A DNA stretch of 64,000 bases from Perna viridis (Eukaryota): the NCBI GenBank assembly GCA_037379345.1, contig CM074515.1, positions 2,232,001 through 2,296,000 on the forward strand, given 5' to 3'. The notes beneath the pieces were generated by a model, which had not been told where the DNA came from, made no database searches, and saw only the letters and a list, made by a program, of their open reading frames with translations. The position numbers were made by a program, and so were the translations under genes. Positions 49,901 through 60,789 of this stretch are shown one piece after another (within the stretch, counting starts at the first letter, position 1; each line of letters opens with the position of its first letter).

Positions 49901-52900
49901 TGTTATCCGTTGCAGGAACTAATGTACATGAGCAGAGCAGGTCTGATTTCTGTCGTTTGAGATTTAAAACAGAAGGGTTTAGCAAGATTTATGGCGTTAG
50001 CCAAAATATCCCATCTCCAGGAACAACTATTTACTACTCCCGTAAGTAATCTTGTTTTAAGTTCGGGTAGTTTATACTTTCTTCTCTTCTGAACTTCTAT
50101 ATAGCTGGTGTCAATGTTCTTTAAGGTCCCCAATTCATAGGATTCCAGTAGTATTAATGGATGTTCCATAATGTGTATCAGTTGAAAATGTCATACCGTT
50201 GATTGTTTTAGAGTTTTGAATTGACAGTAATTATAGATTCATATTAATATTGATTATATTATAAGTATTACAGTGTAGTTTCTCTGCTCCTCTTGTCTCG
50301 ATGTCTGACAAAGTATACTTTCATATAAATGATCACGTTCAATAATGATATAATTGTACACGATTAAACAAAAAAAACTCTTATAGTATGTCTTAATACG
50401 TGTATCTGTGTATTAAATCATAAATGCTGTTTCATTCTCCCGTGGGCCCATGATAGTTCGTGAGCTTAGAGCTTAAAGATTCCATAAAGACAATGTCGCG
50501 CTCGTCATTGAACTTTCTATGTGTTGCACATATAACTTAAGAAATATCTCGCATTCACCTTTGAAAATAAAGGAACTCGCAATACATTTTCTTATACTTG
50601 CTCTTTCATTGTTAATAGGGTTCTTTCCAGGTACATGTAAGTTTAACATGATCGGTTTAACAGAAAATTTCTCTTGCAGTTGATAGAAAAGAATTGGAAC
50701 ATAACAGCTGGGTTAATACAACACAAGAAGCATTAGATTTCGTCAAAAAACACCCTGAACATTTCCAGGATTATCGTTACTATAAAATGAAAGCAGAGGA
50801 AGGCAAGAAGGAAATATTCATTGATAAATTTCAGGTAATTATTATTTGAAGGAGTCTCATTTCCTTTTCCTTTAATCCCCAACAAACAAACAAACAATTT
50901 TCCTTTAATAGTTTTCAGAGACACAGAGAGGAAAAAACACAATTATGTCAATATTAAAATTCAAGTCTTATATATAAAATAAAATTTGATTCAAGTTCCC
51001 AACCTTTTGGTGATATGGAACCTTGTGGTTATTGTACAATTTTTCAAGAGATTAAAATGTTCATAGCAAAACCCTCTAATTTAACACCAGCTTTCCTTTT
51101 ATGGTACAATTTCATTTATATTACGTGTACCAAAGTTATTGCCTGGACATCTATTGCCTTTAGACGACGACAACAGCAAGATACCAATATACGACTAATT
51201 TTTTTTTCGATCATATAACCATGTTTCTCCCATTCATTGCAAAGATTTGATTTTAATAAGATCGTCAACAATACATGGGAGGGGATATCGCATTACCCAT
51301 ACAGACTTAAAATATTTTAGAAAATTTTAATCAATCTGATTTGTATGTACCAGGTAAAGGCCAATTCATGGAGGAGGAAGTTTAATTCTAATCCATTTAT
51401 TGACTAAACCAAAGGTTATTTCAATCAAAGGAATCATTTCTCATTGCTAACAACCCTTTTTTAAATTTTCCAAGTATCACAGTATCATTATCCATTTGAT
51501 TTTTTTCATAAATCATATAACTTCAGTTTAATAGTTCGCATGGCGTAGCTTGATACCAACCACGATTCAGCCTGTTACAGTTGTGATTAAAAATTTGAAT
51601 AGATTCTGATAAGTATTAAATTGGTCAGATAACTTGATCAAATGTTTCGATTGGCGCAGCTTGGTAAAGCTTCAGAGAATCATTCATTTTTACTCAATTT
51701 ATTATCTGGACATTTAAGTTTCTTGCTTCTGACCTTAATTTAGCCCCTATTCCTTATTGGTTCAATTCACGAACCCTAAAACCACCCAAAGCGTGCAATT
51801 TTTGTATGACATCTTGTAGTATAAGTTCATACAAAGTAGACGAAAATGCTTATCCCCCCCTTCAGGCTCTTTAATCCATAAAAAAAAAATGTAAAACCTC
51901 AAGCTTTTGCCCGGAAACCAATTAAAACTAGACATTGCCCCGAACGGGACTAATACCCCAACGGCCTGTTGAACCATGTACATTTGGGGACCAATGTGGA
52001 CTCATATTGGACTTAATTTGTGTGGGGATGGACAAATTTTGACACACAATTTTGCTGCAATTCTAAAACACCCAACTCCAAACAGAAATCATTACTATTT
52101 TTTGTTGTTGACAACACACTAACAGAATATCACTGCAAATTTACTGTAAACATAAAGTAGTGAAATTATGCACAGCCCAATATGGTAATTAATACTCTAT
52201 CAAGTTTCATAACAATCCTACATGCCGTTGAGGAGGAGTTGCGGACAATGCATCAAGCCTAATTTTGCTGGAAAACACCTGAGTCCAAGTCCAACAACCG
52301 TCATTTCTACAATCTTTGCTAGAACATAAATTCCTGACAATATGCACATCCAAATATGGTAGTTTAACATTCCATCAAGTTTCATATAATCCAGCAAGTC
52401 GTTGAGGAGGAGTTGCGGACAACACACGAGACCAAGTTTTACTGAAAAAACGCCTTAGTCCACCAGCCACCATTTCTACAAGTTTTGCCCTAACATAAAT
52501 TTCTGCAAATATGCACATCCCTATACGGTAATTTAAAAATCCATCAAGTTCATGACAATCCTGCAAGTGGTTGAGGAGGAGTTGCGGACACCGCATGAGA
52601 CAAAGATTTGCGGATAAATACCTAATATCAGCCGTAATTTTTACAAGTTTTGCCCAAACATAAATTCCTGACAGTATGCACATCTCATTGTGGTTCTATT
52701 ACAACAAACAAAATTTCATAACATTGCTGCAAGCTGCTTAGAAAATAAATACGGATAGATAGACAGGGAGAACCTATATACCCTCAAACTTTGTTTGCGG
52801 GATATAATGATTGATTTTGTCTCCAAATTGGTTCATTATCACCCCAAAATAAACTCGGCCTGATTTTGGTGGAATTTAACATTGTGATACAATTTCATAG

Positions 52901-55900
52901 ATTGGTACATGTATGCTTAAGTTATATAGTTATGTTTAAGAAAATGATTGCTTTTAACCCCAATTCATTATCAATAGGAGTTATGATCCCGAAAATCACT
53001 AAAACGTTCCATTTGTGGTATTGATCAGTTAAAGATATCCGAATGTTATTGTTTTGATACACTGGTGTGTTTCGTCCTTTTTTGCCCATATTTCATACAC
53101 GATTAGGTTATAATCCCCAAAATCAATCGCATTTTAAACTACTATGTGGTTTTGAACATTGTGGTAAAACATTATAGAGACCCAAACGCTAACACTTGAG
53201 TGATATAAATTTTATGAAATACTTTATTTTTGTTTTTCAGCCTTCTTCTAAAACGGTTTGCTCCCGGGTTTGCACCTTAAATCCAATACCAATCTTCCTT
53301 CTGTAATGTGTTATCAATATCAATGTTCTAATATTCACTTACGTCGGAAAAAAATAAACAGCTATATAATAAATAAACGAGTCCACAAGGATTTTGAATA
53401 AATGCTTTAATTAATCTTTAATAGATCATTTATTTCACTGTTTAAATATCGTTCAATTGCGACTTACTGTTTACTTTTACATTTAAATAGTTATTGGTAG
53501 CATGGTAAATAGCAACGTATTGTAACTTGTTACCCGGTGCCATTTCCCCAGTCTCGCTACTACTACATTCATTGTCTAGCTGATCGACTGCCTTCATCAA
53601 TTTTCATAACTATAACCATTTTACCGAAGTTCAAGTATCCATAGCTAGTAGAAGTAACGAAACAGAGGAAATCATATTAAGAACAAATAGTTTTATAATG
53701 CGGTTCAGTCGTTTATGGTCATTTATCTATATATATCCTTGTTATTGTAACCAAAATTTATTAATTGAGGTCAATAATCACCAAGACTATCATATTAAAA
53801 ACTCACGTAGTCCCAATATTTGACATTGTACTCCAAGTGAACTGTATAAATATGTTGATTTACTCCTCTGCTGGTCTTTGTTTTAGTCCTAGAACAAATT
53901 TCTCTCAGATACATAAATAATTCTTAGTTTACTTCGTAACCTCATTTGGGAATCGTTCCTAGATTTTTTCGCTCCCCCTTCTTGTTCATACTTACTTTTC
54001 TAAATAAGTTTTTATTTGGCATCATGCATGGTACACTTTCTTCGTAAGAAAAAAATGTTTGTGCTGTCATACTTACTTATCTGTTGTATATCGTCTATTG
54101 AACTTTATATTTACAACTCGGATGTAAAGAATAGTTGTTAATATTTCAAGAATATTGTTAAATATTTTGCCGCTCTTACCTTGTACAATGCGATGATATT
54201 CCACAAAGACCGCTTAAACAGAGCTACTGCCAGCACAACAAATTACAATGCTGGTCAAAAGTCGTACTTATGTGGTCTTTGGGTGTCCACACCTACCCCT
54301 TAGCCCGAAATGGGTTTACAGGGTCGCTAATGGTGAGGGCCTAAAAACCGGGAATGGATTCCTGAGTTAGAAAACCCAGGAGGTTACGAAGTAAGCATTA
54401 AAGTAATCAAGAATTCTTTGCATTTAGACAGAATTCTCTTCCAGTCTACTATCTTGACAAACCAGAAGTGGAGTCGTCACCAGTTCCGCCAAGAAACCCG
54501 AGCGGTTTCCTTTTATACACATCTTGTCATCATAACTAAAAATAAACAAACAACAAACGCGTACATTGCACATCTCCCGGAACTCATCGGTTTTAAACTT
54601 AGAGTAAAGTCAGTCTTTAATTTTTTATATTGCACAACAACTATTGATCATTACACACACACACACATACACACACATAGCTGATAATGTAAAATTACAA
54701 GGATATGATGCATGAGCTAAATATACATGTTTTATCCCAGTCGTTTTGCATAGAATATTTATTTTCCAAATTACAGGGCCCATAACTGAGCATATAAATC
54801 AAGTACAATGGTTGATGTAATTAAGTCAAAAAAACATTACACAGTAGTATAGCAACATAATCTTCAGTCAGAATCAGAGCCATAACAAAAAACCACAATA
54901 ACAGTATCAAGGCATGTTCTTCGCTCAAAAGAACTACAAATAATTTAGAATACAGGGGCAAAGAAATGAGTGAACAACAACCATGCAGTTACTACTATTT
55001 ATAGGATTAATTTCCAATTGTTCTCCGTCTTTCCGGAGAACACTTGCTACAGTGTTTAAGGAAGTCGATGAATTGTTTATTTATAATGATGTTAACTCCT
55101 TTTCGACTTCATTTCCTATTTGGACGTTATTCAAATAAAAAGGGGGCTGTTTTATACACGACCGCAAAAACAGTGCAGTCTTATAATGGTATGGCGCTGT
55201 ATTCGTTGTCGTGGTCGATGTAGTTGTAAACACTTGGTTCCGTTCGATACCTTGGATATTAGTTGGTTTATCATTATTAAACAAGATTCCGAATTGGAGG
55301 TGTGGTCCCAGTCGTTTTGGAATAAGGGGGATAAAAAGGACCAAAGCATTTTAGAATTTAACTGAATAACTCTAGTAAAAGTATACGGATGTCTATGAGA
55401 TAGTTTTCTACAATATTCGATACCACGGACTAATTCATTTTTGGGAAGAAGATTTTAACTGTTTAGAAATGAGGGACTAAAAGGGAACCATAAATAAGCG
55501 TTTTCCTGATAACTTGTCTGTGAGTAAATAGATCTCTTTATAAGTTGTACAACAAGATGCCATAACAAAAAGATCACATCACCACTTTCCGTATTGTTAA
55601 CTTCTGTTGCAAAATACATGTAGTACCTACGTTGTGGCCGAAACTACGCAGACTAATTTATTCCATGGACGCATACCTTACCAGTGCACCTGGTCCGTGC
55701 TCCCTGATTTAAGTGGAGTCAGGGTTGCTGTTTACTTTGTATCTTCGTACGTACCATTCGTGTATTTTATGTTTTTTGGGTTTTATGGGTCTATTTTACG
55801 AATCCTTTTCATTGGGATATAGTCTTTTGATTACCGCTTAAATCTTGATGACCTTCAACACAGAAAAAACATTGCAAAATTTGTATACATGTATGAACGG

Positions 55901-57775
55901 TCGCCTAAATTATTATATGCAAAACCAACGGGGCATATTATAGATAATTCCTTTTTTTTATTAGAATAATAATAACTATATATTGTTACCGATGATATTA
56001 TTCTTGACTTTCTAATTCTTTTTAGGATGTTAATGACTTAGATACGTTCAATGAAAAAGAGCTCATCTATCAACCTCCTTTGCAAGAAAATGGTGGAGAA
56101 AATTATTACAGAAGAAATAACAAGCAAAAACCTGACTATCCATACAAATATAAGCAAATTGATCCTAACGATTTCCCAGATTATGAAGATGAGAATATTT
56201 TAGGAAACCGTTACCAATCGATAAACGATTTATATGAAGACTTATATAAACATAATTCTCGATATAACCGAAAACAAAGGACTAATAACAAAAAATACTA
56301 TCCCCATATGAAAAGAAGCACTAGATATAGTCCTCGCTCTGCTAGGCGGAAACGTTCTCGTAGACGGAGACATGTTGGTCCTCACGACAATGAGGGACTA
56401 CAGAGACTGTTATCAACGGGGACATTAGCACCAACATTACTACCTCTCAGTCATCCAAATTATAACCATTCTATAGACCTTGTGTTTGGAACATATTGGT
56501 TCTTTCCAGCTGATACACGTGCCATACTACCAGAGGATAAGAAATGTATACAACAAAAACTATCAGAGGAAAAAATCCGATTCTCACCTTTAAGTATGTT
56601 TATTTCATATGTATTTTGTAAAGTTTAAATATTTTGAAAATTAGTAAATACAGGCATTGATTTGGAATTTTTGAATTTTTAAGATTTATACATTTTCAAA
56701 CAAAATTCGTTTCAAAGACTTATATTTTGAACCTAAGAACCGTGCCATGAACAATTGTTCGTAGTTGTAAACAGAGTGGAACAAGCAACTTCAAGTAAAA
56801 TCAAAGGAAAGAGGGCGAGAGAAGAAGATGTTAAGATTGACACAATATATTTTCTGAAAAACTGCAAATCAAATAACAAAATTCCAAAATTTTAGTCGAG
56901 TGTTGAGCCAGCGTTTTATACTAATTATAAAGCATGTTACTATATAAATAAAGGAAGTGGTAACCGCCATTTCTGTTATGTTAATCTTATATAATATACA
57001 ACATGTATAGAATTTCACTACAAGTAGTAACTCATTGAACATAACATGATATGTCCTTGACATGTATAATGAAGTGTTTACATAGTAGTTTTCTATTTTT
57101 ATTTACGTTTCATACAGGAAATATTCAATGTTTATTTGGCTTGTGTTTATTTTTCATTGTTTGGTGTATAGTTGTCTCTTTGACACATTCACCGTTTCCA
57201 CTTTCTCGCTTATTGATAATATTTTATTCAAAGGGGCATACCTAAAGGAAACTGTCAGTAATTTACTTAATTCTTATGTTTTTAATAACAACATATCTAT
57301 TTAAGGTGAATATTATGGTTTGGATCACGACGCCTACGAGCACATCATTACTAAAGAATGTCTTAAGAAAAATAACGATGGAAAGGATGGACATGATGAT
57401 CGGATTTATGAAAGTCAAACTTCCTACAATCCATATAATGTTCACATGGGTCAGATGACTGTCTACAGGTGATTTATTATCTCATTTCAAATTCAGATTT
57501 TTTGTATTACGTTTTAAAAAGACAAATGAATAGATGCCTCAGCAATTAGATTAATTTCATCAACAATTCTTGCATGTATATCATAACCTGTTCATTTTTC
57601 GTCGTTGGTTATTTATATTTGATTTTATTCCAGGTTAAGACTAACTTGCAGCTGTTTGAATTTAACGTCAACACAGCGATGTTCAAGGATACTTCCATTT
57701 GAAGACCAACAATGGTATGCCTACATGGGTAATAAAGGTGACAGTCACTGGAATCCAAGAAAGTCAACATCGTAA
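34244..57775 (+). CDS. FAM234B: FAM234-like (ITFG3/FAM234A-B family) type II membrane FG-GAP beta-propeller protein, 11 coding exons, ~977 aa
   Basis: Exons 34244-34952, 36744-36952, 40848-41246, 43061-43242, 45053-45149, 46294-46477, 49916-50041, 50680-50834, 56026-56593, 57306-57468 and 57634-57775 are all phase-consistent. The protein has a cytosolic N-terminus, one TM helix (VICLFCLLASIGCMITLLVFYF), repeated D-x-[ND]-x-D-G-x-x-D blades (DVNQDGVLD, DLNNDGVLD, DLDGDNIKD, DLTDDGVED), ALDGLTGKELW, and a C-terminal QQWYAYMGNKGD. Paralogue A vs B is uncertain. Confidence 0.85.
35150..35707. repeat. ~52-53-bp diverged minisatellite, ~10 copies
   Basis: Unit approximates cttaatgtcaagatccacggtgatttgatacatcttctaatgttagcttccg. 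Confidence 0.9.
35830..36265 (+). mobile_element. SINE-like element, 5'-truncated copy
   Basis: Body matches 45320-45755 and ends in a (caat)n tail. Confidence 0.85.
36744..36952 (+). CDS. FAM234-like coding exon 2
   Basis: GADGYF...ALDGLTGKELW...DCTGGGRAG. Confidence 0.9.
37545..37792 (+). mobile_element. Solo 3' tail of Naiad-type Penelope-like element
   Basis: Matches 48190-48470. Confidence 0.8.
38038..39459. mobile_element. Non-autonomous DNA transposon with TTAA TSD (Kolobok-like)
   Basis: Perfect 17-bp TIR agctgcattagctgtca/tgacagctaatgcagct, flanked by TTAA at 38034-38037 and 39460-39463. The termini begin with RR. Confidence 0.8.
38729..39242. mobile_element. Nested foldback MITE with ~100-bp repetitive TIRs and 8-bp TSD
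   Basis: TSD tggtgagc at 38721-38728 and 39243-39250. The arms are built from cgtttcgtacctgg / ccaggtacgaaacg repeats. Confidence 0.85.
40848..41246 (+). CDS. FAM234-like coding exon 3 (GC donor)
   Basis: AYDAVSGKDGTLLW...FGTGGETHGGSLW...KIEK|gcaagt. Confidence 0.88.
41341..41871 (+). mobile_element. Full-length SINE-like element with structured 5' head
   Basis: TSD accaccagatata/accaccagatgta and a (caat)n tail. Clearly homologous to 45233-45761. Confidence 0.9.
42150..42845. mobile_element. Degenerate TIR element
   Basis: Imperfect inverted termini gggttgcatagaaatgaatac ... gtgtgcatttccatagcaaccg. Confidence 0.4.
42404..42606. mobile_element. Tc1/mariner-type MITE (TA termini)
   Basis: tactctgaaagtactt ... 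aagtactttcacagta, with internal ttcgtgg/ccacgaa motifs. Confidence 0.75.
43061..43242 (+). CDS. FAM234-like coding exon 4
   Basis: AQRIYTDEHKGVMTPPVLIDLTDDGVEDIV...SESY. Confidence 0.9.
45053..45149 (+). CDS. FAM234-like coding exon 5
   Basis: TPAPGFYNNDNIPDFMIKYANGPGFPLYYHSD. Confidence 0.9.
45233..45761 (+). mobile_element. Full-length SINE-like element with structured 5' head
   Basis: TSD ataaattg at 45225-45232 and 45762-45769, with a (caaa)n tail. Confidence 0.9.
46294..46477 (+). CDS. FAM234-like coding exon 6
   Basis: TTILDGKTG...SPLTISVEGYGNDVFLYW. Confidence 0.9.
46750..48470 (+). mobile_element. 5'-truncated, disrupted Penelope-like retroelement (Naiad/Chlamys-type RT, no C-terminal endonuclease)
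   Basis: VPADKAQNN, YWIPKLHK, KTYDFLTLYTSIPH, QQTVGIPMGTNCAPLLADLFL, ASYLD, LYDKRD, AYGVFISHLIRYARAC. It carries stops and frameshifts, and the YIDD motif is deleted at about 47742. The ORF ends after the thumb and is followed by a ~280-nt 3' tail. Confidence 0.88.
48830..49390 (+). mobile_element. HINE-like element with ~60-bp internal repeats
   Basis: Repeats cctaattcctaaacggttcgagtcacaac; ends with a (gac)n microsatellite and ...gcataaaaa. Related pieces lie at about 51000-51220 and 60400-60720. Confidence 0.55.
49638..49828 (-). mobile_element. Solo 3' tail of Naiad-type Penelope-like element
   Basis: Reverse complement of 48280-48470. Confidence 0.85.
49916..50041 (+). CDS. FAM234-like coding exon 7
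   Basis: GTNVHEQSRSDFCRLRFKTEGFSKIYGVSQNIPSPGTTIYYS, phase 1-1. Confidence 0.85.
50680..50834 (+). CDS. FAM234-like coding exon 8
   Basis: DRKELEHNSWVNTTQEALDFVKKHP...DKFQ, phase 1-0. Confidence 0.82.
52150..52810 (+). mobile_element. HINE-like element with ~170-bp tandem satellite units
   Basis: caagtttcat...gttgaggaggagttgcggaca recurs at about 52200, 52376, 52546 and 52713. It ends acggatagatagac...ccctcaaactttgtttgcgggatataa. Confidence 0.7.
55670..55845 (+). mobile_element. Degenerate solo 3' tail of Naiad-type element
   Basis: accagtgcacctggtccgtgctccctgatttaagtggagtc matches 48280-48320. Confidence 0.65.
56026..56593 (+). CDS. FAM234-like coding exon 9
   Basis: Low-complexity insertion, then RRRRHVGPHDNEGLQRLLSTGTLAP...IDLVFGTYWF. 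Confidence 0.85.
57306..57468 (+). CDS. FAM234-like coding exon 10
   Basis: EYYGLDHDAYEH...YNPYNVHMGQMTVY. Confidence 0.85.
57634..57775 (+). CDS. FAM234-like terminal coding exon
   Basis: LRLTCSC...ILPFEDQQWYAYMGNKGDSHWNPRKSTS*. Confidence 0.88.
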
Positions 57776-59599
57776 CAACTATAGCCAATGTGTCCTTACT
57801 CCAAGCTAGCGATGCCAGAGTGGATGCAAGGTGCCAAATCAGAATTTCCTTTCATATTGTCATACACACGACATGAAGTAGATTTCTCTAAATTTTGAAA
57901 ATAACATCATTTTAGCCAAACTCTATGTCTGGTGATTACTGTTGAAGATAATGAACTTGATGGTACTACAAGAAACCCGATGTTAAATATTAGCATATAA
58001 AATTTATTTAAGTAATTACATACTCGTATTATTACTACATCTATTGATTTAGTCCCCTTTATTTATCCATTAACAAGAGGGTTTAATTGTGGAACGCAAC
58101 AAATGCATCAGCGCATAAATTAAATACTTTCAGGGATCACTAAATGGTCTTTTACAAGCGTGAACACACCCTACGTAAGCTCTAAAAGTCTCCGACAACA
58201 AAAGTAATAAAATCCACTTTGTCCGAAAGGTGGGCTAGCAACAACCTTGCTTGTTCCATATTCATCTGAAGAAAGGAAACTAATACATGTAATACGATTC
58301 GTCAGAAATCCTAATTTGAGGCAAATAAGAATAATTACCGATAAATATCCATTTGATGCGGATTTAACAATTTAAATGACTTATGAAATAAAGGACTGAA
58401 GTTTTCAAAGTCTCTAATTGTCGAATATTTTATGCCACTGATTTTAGCTTACTTTCAACATTCAGGCGAATCCAATGCTCTACTTAACTCCCAATCAATC
58501 AAGGATTTTTTTCATTTTTACCATAAACCCTGGCGTAGAGATGTGTATGGACTTGGTTCAGAAGTGAAAAACAATTTTAGTGAGCTGAAACTTCAAGATA
58601 TAAGGTCAATTGGTATATACATTTATGTTCTTGACCATTTCACATCTTTTGACATATCGTACATATGTGCATTACTAGTAAAAAATATGTCTTCCTTTTT
58701 GAAAATATACTTGACATTTTAGAACGTTATAAAAAGTTATGTCGGTTTTAAATGCTCATTACAGTTTGTGTTGTAATGTTTTATATGTACCGACTTTGCT
58801 TTTGAACTTTTAACTTTGTTGTGTAATGCAACAGTTCGTCATTAGGCCAAGATCAACTTCAAGCTAAGTAGCGATATGCTCTATTTAATATCGGGTGACT
58901 TCGTAACCGTGATGACACGAATGTTTCTCAATCAAAACAACTCGGCGACAAGGCGTTTCCCTGCTATATTACAGAAAGTTCAATGCTAACCGATCATTTG
59001 ATCTTTTAATGTAAACTTCCCGCTCTAATACTAGTTAAAAGTACACGTATGGTATTTATGTGGTACATTTTGATCTCGTACGAAACTAGAATTGACGGTT
59101 CTACGGCACCGATCTGCAGCATAAGATGGTATAGTAATGTATAATAATGTTTATCAATAAGGAGTAATTAATACTGGAAAAAGTATAAATACCAAAGGTT
59201 CAATCGAGGGAAAATCCTGAACGATATCCGGAAGAACAAAGGAGTAGCAGTCATAATGCACAGGGAAACTGAAAAATACAAACAGAAACGGAAAGAGAGT
59301 GATCGAGGTTTCTTGCAAGTTGTTAACGTGTGCTACAAGAGCATCTATGACAAATGTCTAATTGGAAACAGACACTCAAAATCGGTTAGAATCAAAGGCA
59401 AGGAACTAAGTATCAAATCTAATCAAAATCTTTATTACTGATTAAAGACCCACAAGAGGCAATGACAAATATGACATGTATGATTGAAACAATAACAGAA
59501 CAATATTTGAATACGTGAAATATCATGACCATCACATTCATATCAGAACTATACTCTTACAAAATGCCAATCTCTTACACAATATGTATAATTATAGTA

Positions 59600-60090
59600 A
59601 TATAATGTCCAGAGTGTAACAAACCAGAATGACCTAGGAATACTGGTAATGTAGTCTGTAATTGTTTCTGATTTAAAATGCTGGAGGTCGGTTTGTTTTT
59701 GAAATGAATCCGCCACAGGTGTGGTAGGAACAAAATTTAATCTTTTTGATAGGACTTTTTTCATAGTTGCTAATGGATACTGAATCTGGGATACAACGGA
59801 CAACTTGGTCAATTTCCGTGGTTGGAGTAATTTCTATGCACACAGTATACAATAATTGTATTAATTATATTAAGCAAGGTAACCTATTTTCACTTCTTTT
59901 TTACCCCAAATTCTTTTCAGTTCAATCCGAAAGTTTGTATGGATTGTCCAAGGTAGTATGGCACTTCGTAGTAGCCCAGGTGGATGAAAAAGGAAGTCTT
60001 TGACATGGTGAACAAATCGGCTTTCGTATTGCAGATGGTCACCAGGAAGATGCTTCTGATCCCTTTCATCCGTCCTCATTGGTATAATCT
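59600..60090 (-). pseudogene. Degenerate N-terminal region of a canonical Penelope-like ORF
   Basis: KVLSKRLNFVPTTPVADSFQKQTDLQHF resembles the LSKGLNFxPT motif found upstream of PLE RTs. Confidence 0.45.
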
Positions 60091-60154
60091 CATAATGAAT
60101 CCCCGCCCTATTTTAAGTACGACGCTGTTGTACTAGGTCCTTAGTGCTAACTGT

Positions 60155-60265
60155 GGGATAGTCGATGAGCATGTGTAGAGCATGCTATATACCCAATTCC
60201 GCGATAAAAATTCTTTTGTTCTACTCATGCCGTACTCGCGGAAGTGTATATCGAGTATTCTCATT
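60155..60265 (-). repeat. Degenerate copy of the hairpin segment at 39245-39355
   Basis: Reverse-complement match, including ttcttttgttctac and cgcggaagtgtatat. Confidence 0.75.
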
Positions 60266-60789
60266 AAGTCCCCACAATAGGGTTTATTAAATAGATCCAT
60301 ATAGTTGTATTTAAGCTATTGGCCGGACACATGTCACAGCCCCAAAAAAGAAAATTCCGCGTATTCCGACTGTAGCATGGCGCCTTGAGCAAATACATCT
60401 ATTGCAAAGTTATTGTCCAGATGTTATGAAAATGTCTAATTTTGGCCCCTAAGGTATAAACGGTTCGATTCGCAGCCCCAAAAATCAGTCCCGGCCTTCC
60501 TGCAGTGGTATTGCACTTCGTGGTACGATTTCAGAGATCCTTAAATACACTTATTCCAAAGTTATCGCCCAGACACTGAAATGTCTGCAGACGACGGCGA
60601 CATACCATTATACGACAACTTGTTGATTGTTTTGCAGACCTATGAATTTTATCAAAATATACTGATTAGCATTCAAGTTATTGTACGAAAACCAAATATC
60701 TACGGATACCGACAGCGCCATACCATTTAAGGGTTATTTAAATATCGAATATTTTTTGCGTAGATTTGTAACTACATTATATTGTAGAG

